Counted from the first letter of the whole stretch, positions 1 through 13,444 are shown. The stretch: DNA of 61,518 nucleotides, filler included, from Sphacelaria rigidula (GCA_964200075.2; 11 parts of 11 records of this genome joined end to end with filler, not necessarily neighbours in it); one strand, 5' to 3'. Made by a program: numbers and translations. The notes: generated from the letters alone by a model not told the origin.

Positions 1-1008
1 CATACACCGACAGGTGTAGACTGGTGCCCAGAATGAATGGGACGACAACACACAACAACACAACAACACATTGTTGTTTTCACATTCAGAAACATTCCGA
101 TATCTGTGCAGTACTCTCCACTGGGCATTTGATGCGGACGCCTTCCGTGGTCACACAATAACTACCCATGCTAAGGTTTGAGCAAATAAAAAAAAAATGT
201 TTGAACCCAGAAAATTTCACACAGGCGCAACAAAAGAACAAAAAAACGAAAGTGAGGCAGAAGAAAAAAATCAAACCTGATGGGTCGTCACCTCAACATG
301 AATGGCCGAAGACACGCACTGAGGAGATATATCAGAAAGTGCAAAGTGGGGCCCGACGACATTGGTCGCTCATGGCAAATTCCATTATGACTTTGTGAGG
401 GGGGCCGTGTCGGCTATATCCACACATAACCGTGCAGGAGGGGTCTGTCTGGACTACGATAGTTACGACAGGCTAGCGGGGTTCGACGACGTCGCAAATG
501 GCTACCGCCAGGCGTTTCAACAGTAGTATGATGTTAATAACGCAGTAAACACCCTCAATAACGCCAACAGGTACGCCGTCGACACGCGCCAGGAACCAGT
601 CATCATGGCTCTCAACGATGACCTTTGCTCTCGGGTAAATGCATACGGTCAGCGTGTTGTCTATGCGATACAGGTGGCATGTGTCGGCCGACACTACTGC
701 CGACAAGGATCGACGAGCTAGGAGTCGATGCTCTTTGACTCCGTTATTGTACATCCGGTGGGGGTTAGACGGGTGACCAGGCGCCATTTTACTCGGTTTG
801 GTGCTTGCTTCTTTGGGATAGATTCTCTATGAATGCAGCGCTGCCGGGTTGGCGCCAACACGGTCAGGGTTCCTTGTTTCTTTCGCAGTGGTTACGGTGC
901 CGCGCGGTTGGAAGTCGTTATGTGTTCATAGGGCCATTATTAGCCGTTTGTATTTTTCATTCATTTTCATGGATAAAAATGATTGGAATTTTTTTTAAAT
1001 GAGGCCCG

Positions 1009-1117
1009 TTAAACCTTACACCGCGATGCGGGTAGTCCATCTGGATCACAAATATTGTTTTCAAGTGAAATTGATGCCGATTCCGCAGGTGACTTACCGT
1101 CGCGGTCAAAGGGTTAA
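1009..1117. mobile_element. Tiny piggyBac-type MITE (TTAA-flanked, imperfect TIRs)
   Basis: Left end TTAA-ACCTTACACCGCGATGCGGGTAGTCCATCTG versus right end reverse complement TTAA-CCCTTTGACCGCGACGGTAAGTCACCTG. Another copy of this TIR lies at about 1682-1716. Confidence 0.55.
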
Positions 1118-1149
1118 TGACGACCCCTATGCTGATTAATTGTGGTTGA

Positions 1150-1300
1150 TGTCAGGGTCACCTTTTGTTCATCATTGTGTCCGAAGTCTCCACGCGTGCG
1201 AGACCAGTGGCGTTGATACCTGCGGCACTGCTGCCACGCGCTTCAGTCGTGGCTTGCCACTACTCAAGTATATTAATGGCGTAGTGTCTCTCCGCCCCGG
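1150..1300 (+). repeat. Dispersed repeat, diverged second copy at about 3455-3605
   Basis: CTCCACGCGTGCGAGACCAGTGGCGTTGATACCTGCGGCACTGCTGCCACGC versus CTCCACGTGTGCGAGAACTATGGTGTTGATGCCTGCTGCACTGCTACCACGC. Confidence 0.75.
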
Positions 1301-2444
1301 TGTTTAATCAAGTGTCGAGTGAAGCCTTTTTGGATGTTTCAATCAGTATAAGGGTCCACCGGAATTATTTCACCCAGTACGCTCCGTCTGTAATAGCAAG
1401 CCGTCACTGTCGATCACCACAAGTGAAACTGTGTCGATGCAACATACGAGCCACCCTGAGGATGATTATATAGACGAGGCCGATTCAAAACGCACAGTGC
1501 AGTACAAGAGTAGTGTAACACCATTACAACGCAATACAGTACAGTACAGTGCATTACAGTGTTGTCTTCTCTCTCCGCCCTGATTCGTTCCTCCTCTTTG
1601 TGTATGTGTATTACGAAGGACGGATTACTCGAAACCTCTGGAGATCAAATTTGAATCGTTTCTTCCGCCACCTTCAAAAGTGAATCCTTCAACCGCGAGG
1701 GTAGGTCATCTGGATCTTGCGTTCATTTTTCAACGGGAGAGTATGCCAAGGCAGTATCTGAGCGACGCTGGAGGGCATACGTGCTCTCATGTTTTGCGAA
1801 TGAAGAAACCGGAAGCTTTGTCGCAGAGAATGGGTGCTGTACAAACGGCACGACGCATATGACGGTACCGATAGACCCAACACGACCAACGAACAGAGGA
1901 ATATAAATACAGATATCATGATGGTGTCTATCCCAGTACGCGCCACGCTCTCTGCCTTGGGTTCCCCGTGCGGCTGGGTACACAGGCGGCAGCCCTTTTC
2001 AAAACCGTAAGTCCTGGGGGTCCATTACATATGGACACACGTACACACCAACACATATACGAAGTAGTTGTTTCAACTCCGACGTCCCTCCCACGTTCCC
2101 CCCCCCAGGCCCCTCCCTCTGTGCTTTTTGTCTATTTGCTTTTATTGGGGACGACGGGTTGGTCGGGAGACCTCTTCGAGGGGTTGACTTTGACATTCCA
2201 GCTCTCCTCGGCCATGTGTGCGCTTCCAGCGATCGTTTTTTTTGCGTTGTGTGCTTCGACGCCGAAAGCACCGCCTTATAGTTTATGTCACGGTACGTCC
2301 TGCGCTTGGGAAAAATCGGAAAATGTCTTATTTTTGCAGGTTTTGAGGGTAAGATTGAAGGTCAATTGAAAAAAAGAAAGTTCAAGCCCGGGATGCGTCA
2401 GCATTGTGGAGTTTACGCGGCGTCTGAATAGGGAGGACATCACC

Positions 2445-3225
2445 TTAACCCTGAGACAGCGAGCGTCGCCTCAGAACCGTTTCACAGGCGGACAGTTCAA
2501 GGACATCCGGAGGTTTCGAAGGGACGGGGGGAGGCGGTTTCCAACAGGGGGGAGGGGATCTGTTCGCAGTACAGCCGAAACACCCACCAAGTCAACCATG
2601 TGCGTTTGGGAGCTTCCCACGGAAAAATAAAAACCAGGAACGAGGCCGAAGAGGAGCAGAGTGACCATTCTGATCAACCACGCCCGTCAAAATGGTCACC
2701 GTATTCCCCTGCAGACAGACTACAGGTAGACTACTTCGCTGTGTAGTCACATTTCTCATTTTGGTCGTGACAATTCAACCATATATCACTTGGGTCAGCG
2801 TGCGCACAAATCACGTGTTTTTTCTCCTTTTACTGTGTTAGTGGTATTTGCTGCCTGCCTGACCCCTCATGTATTATCAACACAGCTTCATACTGCAGTG
2901 TTGTTGTGGAACTAAGAAGAGACATCAGTAGCATGCAGTATCCTGTGTTCAATGGAGACGATGGCACGCTGGCCGTTTCTTGTTGTAATATCCGGCGAAG
3001 ACATACAGCACACACACTGACTCTGCACGCAATTGACCGCAGGGTCAAAGCCGGGCAGGGATTCTCCGGGGCTATTCCATTCTTCGAAGTAAATAATAGA
3101 TGCTGAACATCCACATGTTCATGAAAAAGGGCGCTTCATGTGGCAAGAAAACAGCTGTTCTGAACCCCAAATGTGGCATAGTACATCTCACTCCATTTAC
3201 GAGGGGTTCGCAGTCTAAGGGTTAA
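2445..3225. mobile_element. Non-autonomous piggyBac-type element
   Basis: TTAA-CCCTGAGACAGCGA at 2445 and TCGCAGTCTAAGGG-TTAA ending at 3225. This gives a 14-bp TIR with 2 mismatches, CCC/GGG termini and a TTAA target duplication. Confidence 0.6.
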
Positions 3226-4696
3226 CCCGCGATTTCTCCATGCTGAGGATGTATTAAAAAATCAGGTGTATCCAAGGAAACGAAGAAAAAATATCTGTAA
3301 TCCGTAAAACGTCGCCGAACACGCCGGACACTTTTCGGAGATTACCACCCCCCGATTAGCACTCCTACTTAACGGTCAGACTTTTTTACTTCTCTCGTAG
3401 TGGTCACGGTTCGCCGTGGGGTTGAAAATCCTTATCTGCTCATATTAATATGTTCTGGTCGCTTTTTGTTTTTCGCCATTTTGTTCAAAACCTCCACGTG
3501 TGCGAGAACTATGGTGTTGATGCCTGCTGCACTGCTACCACGCCCATCAGCCGTGGTTCACCACGAGTATTGTAATTATCGCAGGATAGTAGTGCTGTTT
3601 ACCCCGACGACATTTCTGGTCTCCTAGCTTGGTTCAGCCGGCACATCGGGAATATTTTCGCAACACATACACTAATGTACCTTTGCTGTGAAGTGTAAGG
3701 CACAAGAGATTCATCAGTAACTTACTGTATCTCACTCCCTTCGATTGGTCACGTCACACTGCTGCTCATTTTCGATTGTGATTGCCGACGCCGACCACTG
3801 ACCAGTGACAAGGAGCACCAACGTACAGCCGTTGTGCGCGCACCGGCGGTGCTCGTTTTGACTAATTAACCCTGTGAAGGTTCCAGATTGACAACTATCA
3901 CGGACGTCCATCTATCCATTCATGTAAAAATATATCCACGACTCAGCAGGGGGGAAAAGCTTCGACACTCGAGGGTCAAGTCAAGACACTCTCTGTAATG
4001 TCTTCTGTCCTGTACTATACTCCTGACCGCTGTAATTTGATTTTGTGCATTATAGTGCACTGGTGTGCTCACTGACTTGACATACACGTGTACTATTTCG
4101 TTCGAGTTCCCGCAAGCCCTATGATTCTGCACAAAGTAGCAAAACACTGAGGGTAGTTCACCTTATAGGGTAAAGTAGCCGAGCTGAGTATATCAACGGT
4201 GCAGCACAGAGGCAGGAAGGCCCCGTATCCATGAAAGATATGATACTAGATTGGTCGACTTAATGGATTCGGTTCCGATATTTTCACTACTTTCTTCATT
4301 GATCGCATAAGCCTAAGTTCACACCCGCGGTCGGAAGAAATAAGATTCCTGAGAAATGGCTCAGAAATAATATTTGTACGTGCCCTCTTGTGGTACATCG
4401 CTGCAGTGGCGAACTGCGAAATGGAGCTAGTAGTCTTCCATTGTAGAGGAGACCCGCCGCCATATCAACTATCAAATGGGGGAAACCCGAGCGGCCGCAA
4501 ATCGCAGTAAATAACACGGGATGTTACAAATAAATCGTGGATCGGACATGAGGGTGTGGTGGGCAGTGAGTAGCCTTTACCGTTTTGACGCTCTTATTAT
4601 ACTGTGTACAGAGACTCGATTGTGAAACCGACCGCACATTATTACCGACCGGCAACCACCGTGGAGTATGATATGCAAAGTACAGTATCGTACCGT

Positions 4697-4836
4697 ATGA
4701 CAACAGACTGTATCATAGTGTACGCGGCTTCACGAAGATACAACCGTTATGATATGTACAGCACAGCAGCACCGCACCACATGACAGCAGACTGTATTAC
4801 AGTGTACGCGGCTTCACGAAGATACAGCCGTTGCAT
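4697..4836 (+). repeat. Two-copy tandem repeat, period 84 bp
   Basis: ATGACA(A/G)CAGACTGTAT...GTGTACGCGGCTTCACGAAGATACA(A/G)CCGTT at 4697 and 4781. Confidence 0.8.
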
Positions 4837-5227
4837 ATCCTCTGCGCAGCCCGCGCTACACAGGCCGGTAGCTGGATCTGTAGAAGGTTGGCACAGAGCA
4901 GGTGCAGGTGTAGGTGCGGGTGGTACGTTCCGAGCTGACCTAGCGAGTAAGCATGAGCAGCACCAACTGTGCTTCTGCTGCACATAGCGCGATTAATCGC
5001 TCATGTACATTCTCGAAAACAAGAACCCTTCCACCGACTCGGCAGCTGGCGGCCGCACTTGCTTGTGCAGCTGCAAGGTCGTGGCCATTTTCGTCGCACA
5101 CGGCTTTTTAAGCTGCAGCCGTCGTGCCAACACAGCTATGATAGTAGTATCCGTACACGGTGGGTGGTCTGCCGGGACGGCAAAACCGGCTCCTCGTCGA
5201 GATACATCACCCCGATACAGGAGCAGA

Positions 5228-5502
5228 AGTGCGTCGGCGGCAGACGGTGGAGACTCGTCTTGGCGACCGCCTGCAGGAGGCGCTGGAGTAGGTGTTGGGT
5301 CGGCGCCGTTGGCAGGCGGTGTAGATTTATTCGGGCCAGCGCTGGCGGGACGCGACCGAGGTGTGGTTGGGCAGGCGCCGGTGATAATTAGCTAAGACTC
5401 GTTCGGTCGAGCGTCAGCGGGGGGCGGTCGAAAAGGGATTGTTGTGCGGGCGCCGCTTGCAGATGGCGGCGACTTATTCAGACGAGCGCCGACGGGAGGT
5501 GG
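5228..5502 (-). repeat. Degenerate ~72-bp tandem repeat (about 4 copies) encoding Pro-rich 24-aa units on the minus strand
   Basis: Minus-strand units PPVGARLNKSPPSASGA / PPADARPNES*LIITGA / RPASAGPNKSTPPANGA / PPAGGRQDESPPSAADA. One unit has an in-frame stop, and the array runs off the contig end. Confidence 0.6.
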
Positions 5503-5602
5503 NNNNNNNNNNNNNNNNNNNNNNNNNNNNNNNNNNNNNNNNNNNNTTAATTAATTAANNNNNNNNNNNNNNNNNNNNNNNNNNNNNNNNNNNNNNNNNN
5601 NN
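5503..5602. other. Artificial contig linker (44N-TTAATTAATTAA-44N), first of ten
   Basis: Identical linkers at 5503-5602, 11105-11204, 16707-16806, 22309-22408, 27911-28010, 33513-33612, 39115-39214, 44716-44815, 50317-50416 and 55918-56017. The core has stops in all six frames. The intervening contigs are 5502 bp (x7) then 5501 bp (x4), i.e. length-sorted. Confidence 0.98.
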
Positions 5603-5689
5603 GATCTTGAAAGCCATGAAAAGCCTACTCTCAATCGTATCGTAGACTCTCAATCTCACGAAAATACCGTTAGTGGCGAATGATCGTGC

Positions 5690-7335
5690 GCTGCAGACCC
5701 TCACTAACGCATCCAATCTGAGCGCCAGCAAGGAGACCCTTTTCTGGAACAGGTGCGATCGGAACTGAGGGGAAAGCGACCGCAGAAACGGTAGGTGAGA
5801 GGCGATCTGAGTACAAAATAGAAGCGATACCTGGGAGTCGATGATCAGGGGCTGCCGGCGGTTCCAAAAATAATGATAGCCGACCTGTTAGCACTCGTTC
5901 ACATATCCCATGAAAATGTAGCGGTAGGCGCCACCCTATCCATGATTCGTGAACGCTTCCTTTTGTCAACGAGGACGAAATATATCAGGCAAGATGTGCT
6001 GTCATTCAGTTGCAGGAGATCCAAGAGATCAAGCAGTCATCAAACGGCCATGATGTAGGGGCGTGCGGTAGACCCATGGGGCGGGGTGGAAATCAATTTG
6101 CCAATGATTGAGGTAATGTTGCATTCACATACATACATATGTCGGGCAGCTGACCTCGCTTCCCGATGCCCATTTGGTTTTCCACAGCCATCGAAACAAG
6201 CCAACGGGGTAGTTCGTGCCCCCGCGGAATGTGCCTGATTTTCAGTGTCCCTCAAAACATTCGCTACACAGAGGCGGAGAGTCAAGCGTGGAGGTGGTCA
6301 CCCATTTTTGCAGGTGACTGAAAGAGGATATCGCTTTCCTAAGCGTCAGATCTCTCACGCGGTCAGGACGCAGTCGAAAGACCGGGAGGATGGCTGTTGG
6401 ACGTGTTGTTGGAGCCTTACAAGTCATGACGTCAGGTGGGATGAGCATGTTTCATTGGCTCTTTAGATTAAGCGCACATTGCTTGACACGCTGCTTCCCT
6501 CTGATATGTCACTCTCCGAGTTGCCGTGTCGACGCAAAACCGCGCACATCGCTAAGCTGACTTGCACCTATCTCAAGAAGCAGAACCGCGTGTAGGACTG
6601 GACGCTTTCGTAGAAGAGCGCGAACAGCACCTATGCGAGGTGAGACGGGTGATGGATCCTGAGAGTGAGATCCCAACATATCGGGATGGCAATGGCAGGA
6701 AACTAGAGCACCAGTACACCGTACCTTGAAACTCAAGAAGGATAGATTAAGGCACATAGTCTGGAGGTGGTGATGCAAGGACACAAAATACGTACGCGCA
6801 AGATAGTCCGCCATATGTCGAACCGCATATCGTTACCCGCCTCACCTGAGATATTCAATCGCTGATGGGTTCGCCTAGTTTGCCCAAACACCAGACATCA
6901 AGGCGACGCCAACCTTTAGCCCAAAACCTCACCTCCTCACCCCGATAGACCGTCGCGAGTCTAGATCCAGAAGAAAAAACAGGTTGGCAATAGCGAGGAA
7001 ATACCCAGGACGGAGCAATGTCGGAGTGGTTACCAAAAAGCGGAGTCCTGGAAAGCCTCACGCTTCCACGAGTTGACGGGTTCCACGCCCTTTGACATCT
7101 GCACCACCCAGGTAAGTCATTAAGTATGTGATCCCGCCCGAGCACGCCATGTCCCTGTGCCGCGCAGTGATGCTCTAAACATTTTCCCCATAGGTTTTAC
7201 ATTCTGAGGGGATTTCGACGGAGCTGAGCAGATAGGACAAGTCTTCGACGGCGGCAAACGCTTCTGGAGAGTGACGCGACGACGGAGACTACGAGGAGTC
7301 TTCACGTAGAGAGCTCCAGCAAGTGGCCCAGACGA
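5690..7335 (+). mobile_element. Decayed Ty3/gypsy integrase region (zinc-binding domain, core, C-terminal domains)
   Basis: Frameshifted motifs in integrase order: LLALVHISHENVAVGATLSMIRERF..SCRRSKR, DPWGGVEI, AADLASRCPFGFPQPSKQA, RWDEHVSLAL*IKRTL, GWQ*RGNTQDGAMSEWLP, GQVFDGGKRFWRV/DDGDYEE. Many stops. Confidence 0.85.
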
Positions 7336-9289
7336 GCGACCTATACATCAACGAAGCAGAGAAAAGCATTGATATTGTACGAAGGAGAGACCAGAAGATC
7401 GTTTCGTGCTGCACTACAGAAGCAAGCGGCAGTTTTTTTTTTTTTTTTTTAGGAATGAGCAGTAGTTCAGTACTGCTTTTTTTTTCTTATTTGTACCGTT
7501 TTTNNNNNNNNNNACAAACCAGGGAAGAAACAAAAAGACCAAACCTCGGACGAAGGCGAGCCCCGAAAATCGTTTCAAGCAGAAAAAAAGAAGCAAGCGG
7601 CAGTTTTTTTTTTTTTTTTCAGGAATGAGCAGTAGTTCAGTACTGCTTTTTTCTCATCATTGGAACAGCTGTTCATTATTCATCATTTATTTTTTCTACT
7701 CTCTTCGAGTTTTTTCCACTCGTGTTTCCCCGTTGATCATGAGCTCACTTATATATCTTGTTATCGTTTCTATTTTCATGTCTTCACTTTTTAACGTTTT
7801 ATTTTGATTTTTGTGAGGCATGGTATTTGATTTTCGTGAGGCATGGTATTTTCTCGATTTTTTGCCTCGTATTTTTTCGGGTCAGAATTTGCCCCTCAAG
7901 CCCTCACTTTTTCCTCCGTTCGGTTTTCTGGTCTGGTTTTCATGTGTTTTTTTTTCCTTTTCCGTTTTTGTTTTTCTTGCTTTCGTCGGACCTGACCCCC
8001 CTTCTCGTGTCAGTCCTTTTTCAGTGGTTTTCGTGTTTCATGATTTCCCCCCCGTATTATGGACCTGGGATGTTATTTCTACTTTTGTTTCATGTTTCAT
8101 TTTCCTTCTTCCTCTCTTTTTTTGTTTTCCGCGGGTCTGGTTTGTTCCTTTCGCGCAATTTTTGGCTTCTCTTTTCCCCTTCACGTTATCTTGCTCCGTA
8201 TTTTTCGCTTTTTTTCCGGTCTTGCATTCCACGGGGATTGTTTATCGTGTCTTTTCCTCTTGATTTGGTCAGACCTGATCCTACCCTTTGTTTCACGTAC
8301 TCAGTCCGTTCATCACGTTCCTCCGTCCTCGGTGAACGTTGATCCGACTGTAGGGCCCCCACCCTTCTCATGTAAAAATATTGTTAGGTTAGCGCGCCGG
8401 GTGCCTGCTGGGTCACTGTATCGTGAATTAACTGTTGATCTACGATGTAGTCCCCTACTGGCCAGTAGGTTAATGGGTACTGGTCGATAGCAGAAAAGCG
8501 TGCAGCACTTCCATCAGCCAGTTAACGCTTTCTTGGGGTTATTTTTAGTGGGTCAGCTCTTTGCGAGTCGCACACTACCCAGGATTGGTGTTATCAATCA
8601 GGGTTGTCTAAGCGCCGTTAGTATCTGAAACTAGTCACAGTGTCATGAGGAAGGAAGATAGAGAGGCGTTATTTGTTCCTCCAGACAGTTTTGGGGCAGG
8701 TTGGCTCACAGATCACTCGATCCAGCCATGGGAATGCTTCCGAAGTTCTGGGAAAACTGGATGTACAGGCTGTACTCTAGGGAAGATTAGTGTGCAGGCT
8801 GAAATGCCCTGACCCCGAGGAGGCAAACGCCTTCTCGGGCCGAATTTAGATAGGTTGCGTCGCATGTACCCATGCATCCTTGCTCACTCTTGAGCCATCT
8901 TTCGAGCTGGACCATCTGCTCCTACTGTTTACCACTGGTGCGAACAGTGTGCTGGACCATCGCGGGGATAATCAGTGAGAGTTAAAAAGATATCAAGCCT
9001 TTGAGCTCCTTTTGTTGTTGCTACTGTGACCCATGATCACGGAAACCTGCACGTGTGCATTTGCGGCTTGCTTTACTCGGACACCTGGTGCGTTGTGTAC
9101 CTACTCAAGCCTGCAGCGCACTGATCATAGTTAGGAAGGCATTGAACCTTGGGTCACGTTCCATCTATATCACACTGGCGTACGACGAATTGGCCGTGTT
9201 TTGCTTGGGTTTTTTTCAGTAGCCCGCGCGTTTTCTCATAGCCTTGTCGCGTTGTCAAGTGGTCCCCTACTGTAGTCCTCTGCTACTCC

Positions 9290-11040
9290 TCACTTTTGGT
9301 TCATCTGTATTTTGACCCCCAGTTAGTTGCAGTTCCAACAGTCCTTATTTTTCATTTAGCTTTAGAGTGCTTTTTTTTCTCAGTCAGTGTGCCTCCATGC
9401 ATTTGTTTCCGCTACATTTCCGCTGCAGCAGCAACGATTGCAACCTGCCCTTTGCCCTTCCCTTCGTGGATCGCTCCTGTTGTTAGGCGACACCCTTGTT
9501 TGGTAGTGCCGTTGTGCTGTTGCCATCGTCCTTTTCAACCCGCTCCACGTTCGGCCTACTGGCGTACTGTACAACCTTCACGAACAGTTCAACATATCCC
9601 TTACTGAACCGATACCGAACACGCCGCTTCTCTCTGGTGACATCGACTATACCTTTCCTCCCTGAGACCGTCGCCACTTGTGTGTCCCTGTTGTGCTTAT
9701 AGTGCGGTATCCTTTTACTTTTGACACTGACTACTTGAGTGTATTCATACTTTTCTGCACGACTATTTGCGTTGCCAGCTTTACAGCGCAACTGTTTAGG
9801 TCCTCGCGCTTGCCGCCCCAGTTGTGTAGAGTACTGTCGCCCAAATTAATTGTTCTTCCGCGTGATCATCTGCACCAACCTGCTCACTACCTTCGGTGCT
9901 ATCATCTTTGGCCGCACCTCCCCTTAGGTTTTATACCCCACACCGCCCTGCTACGACATTTTTCGTTGGGTGAGCACTACGTGGTCACCTTTTCACCTTT
10001 GAGTGGTGCATTCCCCAGTGCGCTTTTCATCTTTTTGTGCGAGCACTGGTACATACACATATATTATCTTTTCGCGCGGGTACTACACGCACGTTTTCTT
10101 CTCTTCTCCTTTTAGCCTTAGCCAGCGGGCTCCAGTGTTTCCCCTCTGGTGCTGCACCCCCTGGATCCCTTTACATTTCCCTGAATTCTTGTTAGAAAGT
10201 TTTCGCATTTTCTGTAAGCTTTTCCGCTTGGCACCTGACCTGCACCAACAACCCGTGTTTCAGCCCACTGCTACAGCGGTCCTCCCCTGCACTTCAGTTC
10301 TCTGTTTCACGCTTTCGTAGCCGCACTTTTAATCCTCTCTCTGTTTGGACTTTCACGGAGACTTACAGGTCGCCACCCTTTTCAGCAACATATTCTACGG
10401 TAGTATTGGTGCCCTCTTCCGTGGTCTCGAGTAGTGTTTTTCTGCACCTCCTGTGTGCGGTATTTTTTTACTTACCCCACTGCAGTACCCTTCTCCAGCG
10501 TGTGCCTGATCACTACGTATACCTGTCATCCTTGCCGTGCGCAACGCGCTCATCGGACACTTTGTCCAAGTGTCTTCCTTTTCACAGTCGCCTCATTGCT
10601 AGGTTTCACCCTCGCACCCAACCCCTCGTGCGACCACTATTAGGTTTCTCTCGGTATATCTGTGAGCTTGTTCCCTTGCGACTATTTACGCCTTCGTACA
10701 CTCTCCGCGCCCCCCCTCTACTTCCCCATATACCGTTTTCTCTGGAGGTCTTACTTCCGCCGCAGATTCTCCCTTTTTGCGCTTAATCAGCTCTATTTCT
10801 TTCTGCGCTGTTGTTTGCCTTTCAAGACTTGAATTGCCGCAATTACACTGTTTTTTATTATCACAACAGTCTACTCTAGTTTGGTATAACTCCGCTATAA
10901 AATCCTGCAGTCCTTACTGCTTAATTTTTCCTGTTTTTCGGTACTCACCATCTCCTGCCGGGTTTACACTACCTTTGATTATTATTATCCCACAACCTTC
11001 ATACTCTGGTATCTAACGTTTGTTTCTACTTCTTCACCCT
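9290..11040 (-). mobile_element. Possible highly decayed retroelement coding remnant
   Basis: Long purine-rich minus strand with broken coding-like frames (e.g. RKGIVDVTREKRRVR, RHYQTRV..SGNVAETNAW). No intact diagnostic motif was found. Confidence 0.25.
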
Positions 11041-12556
11041 AATATGAAACAACAACAGAAAATAACTTTTCCCTCGGTATTGCCTACTTACGAATCTTTA
11101 CGCCNNNNNNNNNNNNNNNNNNNNNNNNNNNNNNNNNNNNNNNNNNNNTTAATTAATTAANNNNNNNNNNNNNNNNNNNNNNNNNNNNNNNNNNNNNNNN
11201 NNNNAAAATACAGTACTAAACACTGTTGAACCGTCGAAAGATACATGAGGTGCGTATGATTTTTGTATGCGGGAATCTTGGCGTAAGAGTTTGTTTTTTT
11301 TGGGCGTAAGACTGTGCACCTTGTGTGCTGTAGGGATTTTTTTATTTGGGGATGGGGGGATGTAGCGCAAAAATATCAAGACGACAGATATTTATGCGAG
11401 AGGTTTTGCCCAATCCCGTGTTGTAGCACCACAACCGAGCGAGTACAGGGGCACGATGTTTTCCGATTCCGCCGTGCATGTTAAGAAACGTTGGCAAGGC
11501 AAATAGATCGCACGGGGGGGAGGGGGACACGCACACACACAACGCTGTCTTTCGGTGCAGCCTTGAAAGACACAGCCAATTTGAAAAGCTTCACCCCAGC
11601 GAGTAAAAAAATCGTAAAATGGTACGACGGCACGCGACATTACGAATCTCTCGGCTCGGCTCGCTTCAAAAAGGTGAAAGGTGAAAGGTTGACAGCAAAT
11701 GGAAGGAAACCAGATGTACAGGGAGAAAAAGCCTTCCACACAACACGCAACGGAGACTCTCGCTCTCGCGATCCGGCCGCGTCAGACATTACCACAAAGG
11801 GAGAAGATTTCGAGAGCAAAGACGATCGCAAAGTATAAGGGACGAAATGGCCATGTTACAAACGGTTTCTGCGTGCGCATTTTCAAGGTTGGGAAATAGA
11901 CACAAAAGAGAGAAAGGACAACACGATGACACAAGGATCTGTTTCGATGAGTCAAGTCCAACACGGCCACAACACGTACAGCAACAGCAACAAACTTCGC
12001 AGACAGGAAATAGAGGGAGAAAACTTTCGTGCGTTCTCTCTTTCTGCGCCCTTCAACAGCGAACTGGATCGCGAAACGAACGAACACACACCACGTTGCC
12101 AATCTCCGTAAGGGCAGCTGGTCAAGGCATGCATCACACACCATTCAGGCGATCGAAAAAAAACAACGGAATACAAGCAAAAAAAAAAAGAGAGAAAAGG
12201 AAATCAAACTAAATAACGGAGCAAACTGAGAGAGTGACTTCCTTCCAACGCCACACACTTCTCCGACGTTTGCCAACGAACAAGATCACAACGAGAGGTG
12301 ACGGGCTCTAGCATGGCGCGCCCGACATTTTTTTTTTAATATATATCCCAGAGTGTACAAGGGCTTCAACGTATCGACGTCCATGATGACGCACATGTCT
12401 CCCCAGGGAATACTTCCGCCTGTTCACCTTGGATGCACCCACCTCCTCACCTCGGCCGGGTTCGTGTCATATTAGGGTTCACGCGAAGAGGCCAAATCGT
12501 CAATAAACCAAGCAACCAGCCAAACCGACCATGCTGGAGGTCCTACTCGTACTTAC

Positions 12557-12830
12557 CGGCGAGATTTCGTCCCTTTGCCAGGTCCATCGCCTGCCGTGCC
12601 GCATCCGCAATCGCCACTTTTGCGGCGGGGTTCGACACGCCGATGGTTATTCGCCGGTTGGGGTTGTTCGTCTCCACGAGGCGAGACGCGCATCGCACGA
12701 ATGACGCGCGCGTTACACTCTGTCTTCGTTCGTGCACCGACTCTTCCGTCTCGTCCAGGGGCTTGCCGTAGGCCACGCGCGCCATTTTCCCGTTGGGTAG
12801 CTGATGCCGGTGCAACGTTTCTTGGATTTG
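12557..12830 (-). CDS. CDPK-like gene exon (C-terminal extension)
   Basis: Phase-0 acceptor AATACAG and an open frame QIQETLHRHQLPNGKMARVAYGKPLDETEESV...AMDLAKGRNLA. It ends at donor GTAAGT, or reads through GKYE to the stop at 12543. Confidence 0.6.
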
Positions 12831-13444
12831 CTGTATTCATGAAGATTGCAGGAGGGCGGGATGATGGGGGAAAAAAGTAAACGTGGGACCGTGGGCCAAG
12901 GTTGGGGAACAGGCAGAAGACAGACGGTATGCTTTGACGTCCCTGCTGTGTCCTTGCGCACATATTTCTCGGAAAAAAATAACAATAAATGTTCCGAAAT
13001 TAACACTTGATGTGGATATATCTGCGTACGACGGCGCAACCAAGGGCAGGCAATTCTCACGAGCAAAATCACCCTGGGAAATCGTATAGCGGTACGCGGC
13101 GAGACTAGGATCGCGTACCTTCCTCCCGCCACGCGCGCTTGCGCCTTTTTTCGCGAAACGTGTACACCTACCAATCGCCGTGCGCCATGCCTAGTTTCGC
13201 ATTGGTCCAATAGTTGGAGTATGAGCGACGACTGTTGTCTGTGCTACGCCAAAATACGCGATTCTCTCTTGAGGAAACGGACCAACTAGTCAACGGAGGG
13301 GGTGGGGGAGAAAAAAAAAATCCCCACTACCCTACAGGTTGCGAGCTTAGTACAGTATCAGAGCACCGTCACACAGGCCTTGATCCTTAACGGTAGTCTT
13401 ACGCTCGAGGTGAGAGATGCCAAGTTCATAATTGCAGCGCTTAC

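Noticed and set aside
300..780. Coding-like relic (LDYDSYDRLAGFDDVANGYRQ) as a piggyBac transposase
   Set aside because: Motif order and residues do not convincingly fit, and stops are present; left unassigned.
7395..7655. Direct repeat flanking the 10-N gap (similar cases at 30495-30740 and 35430-35690)
   Set aside because: One copy is a homopolymer-corrupted version of the other next to an N gap, typical of low-quality read ends after poly-T/G/C runs.
7758..8490. Phe-rich membrane-protein-like ORFs (also 47327-47775)
   Set aside because: They are products of T-rich low-complexity sequence that is open in several frames, with no conserved motif.
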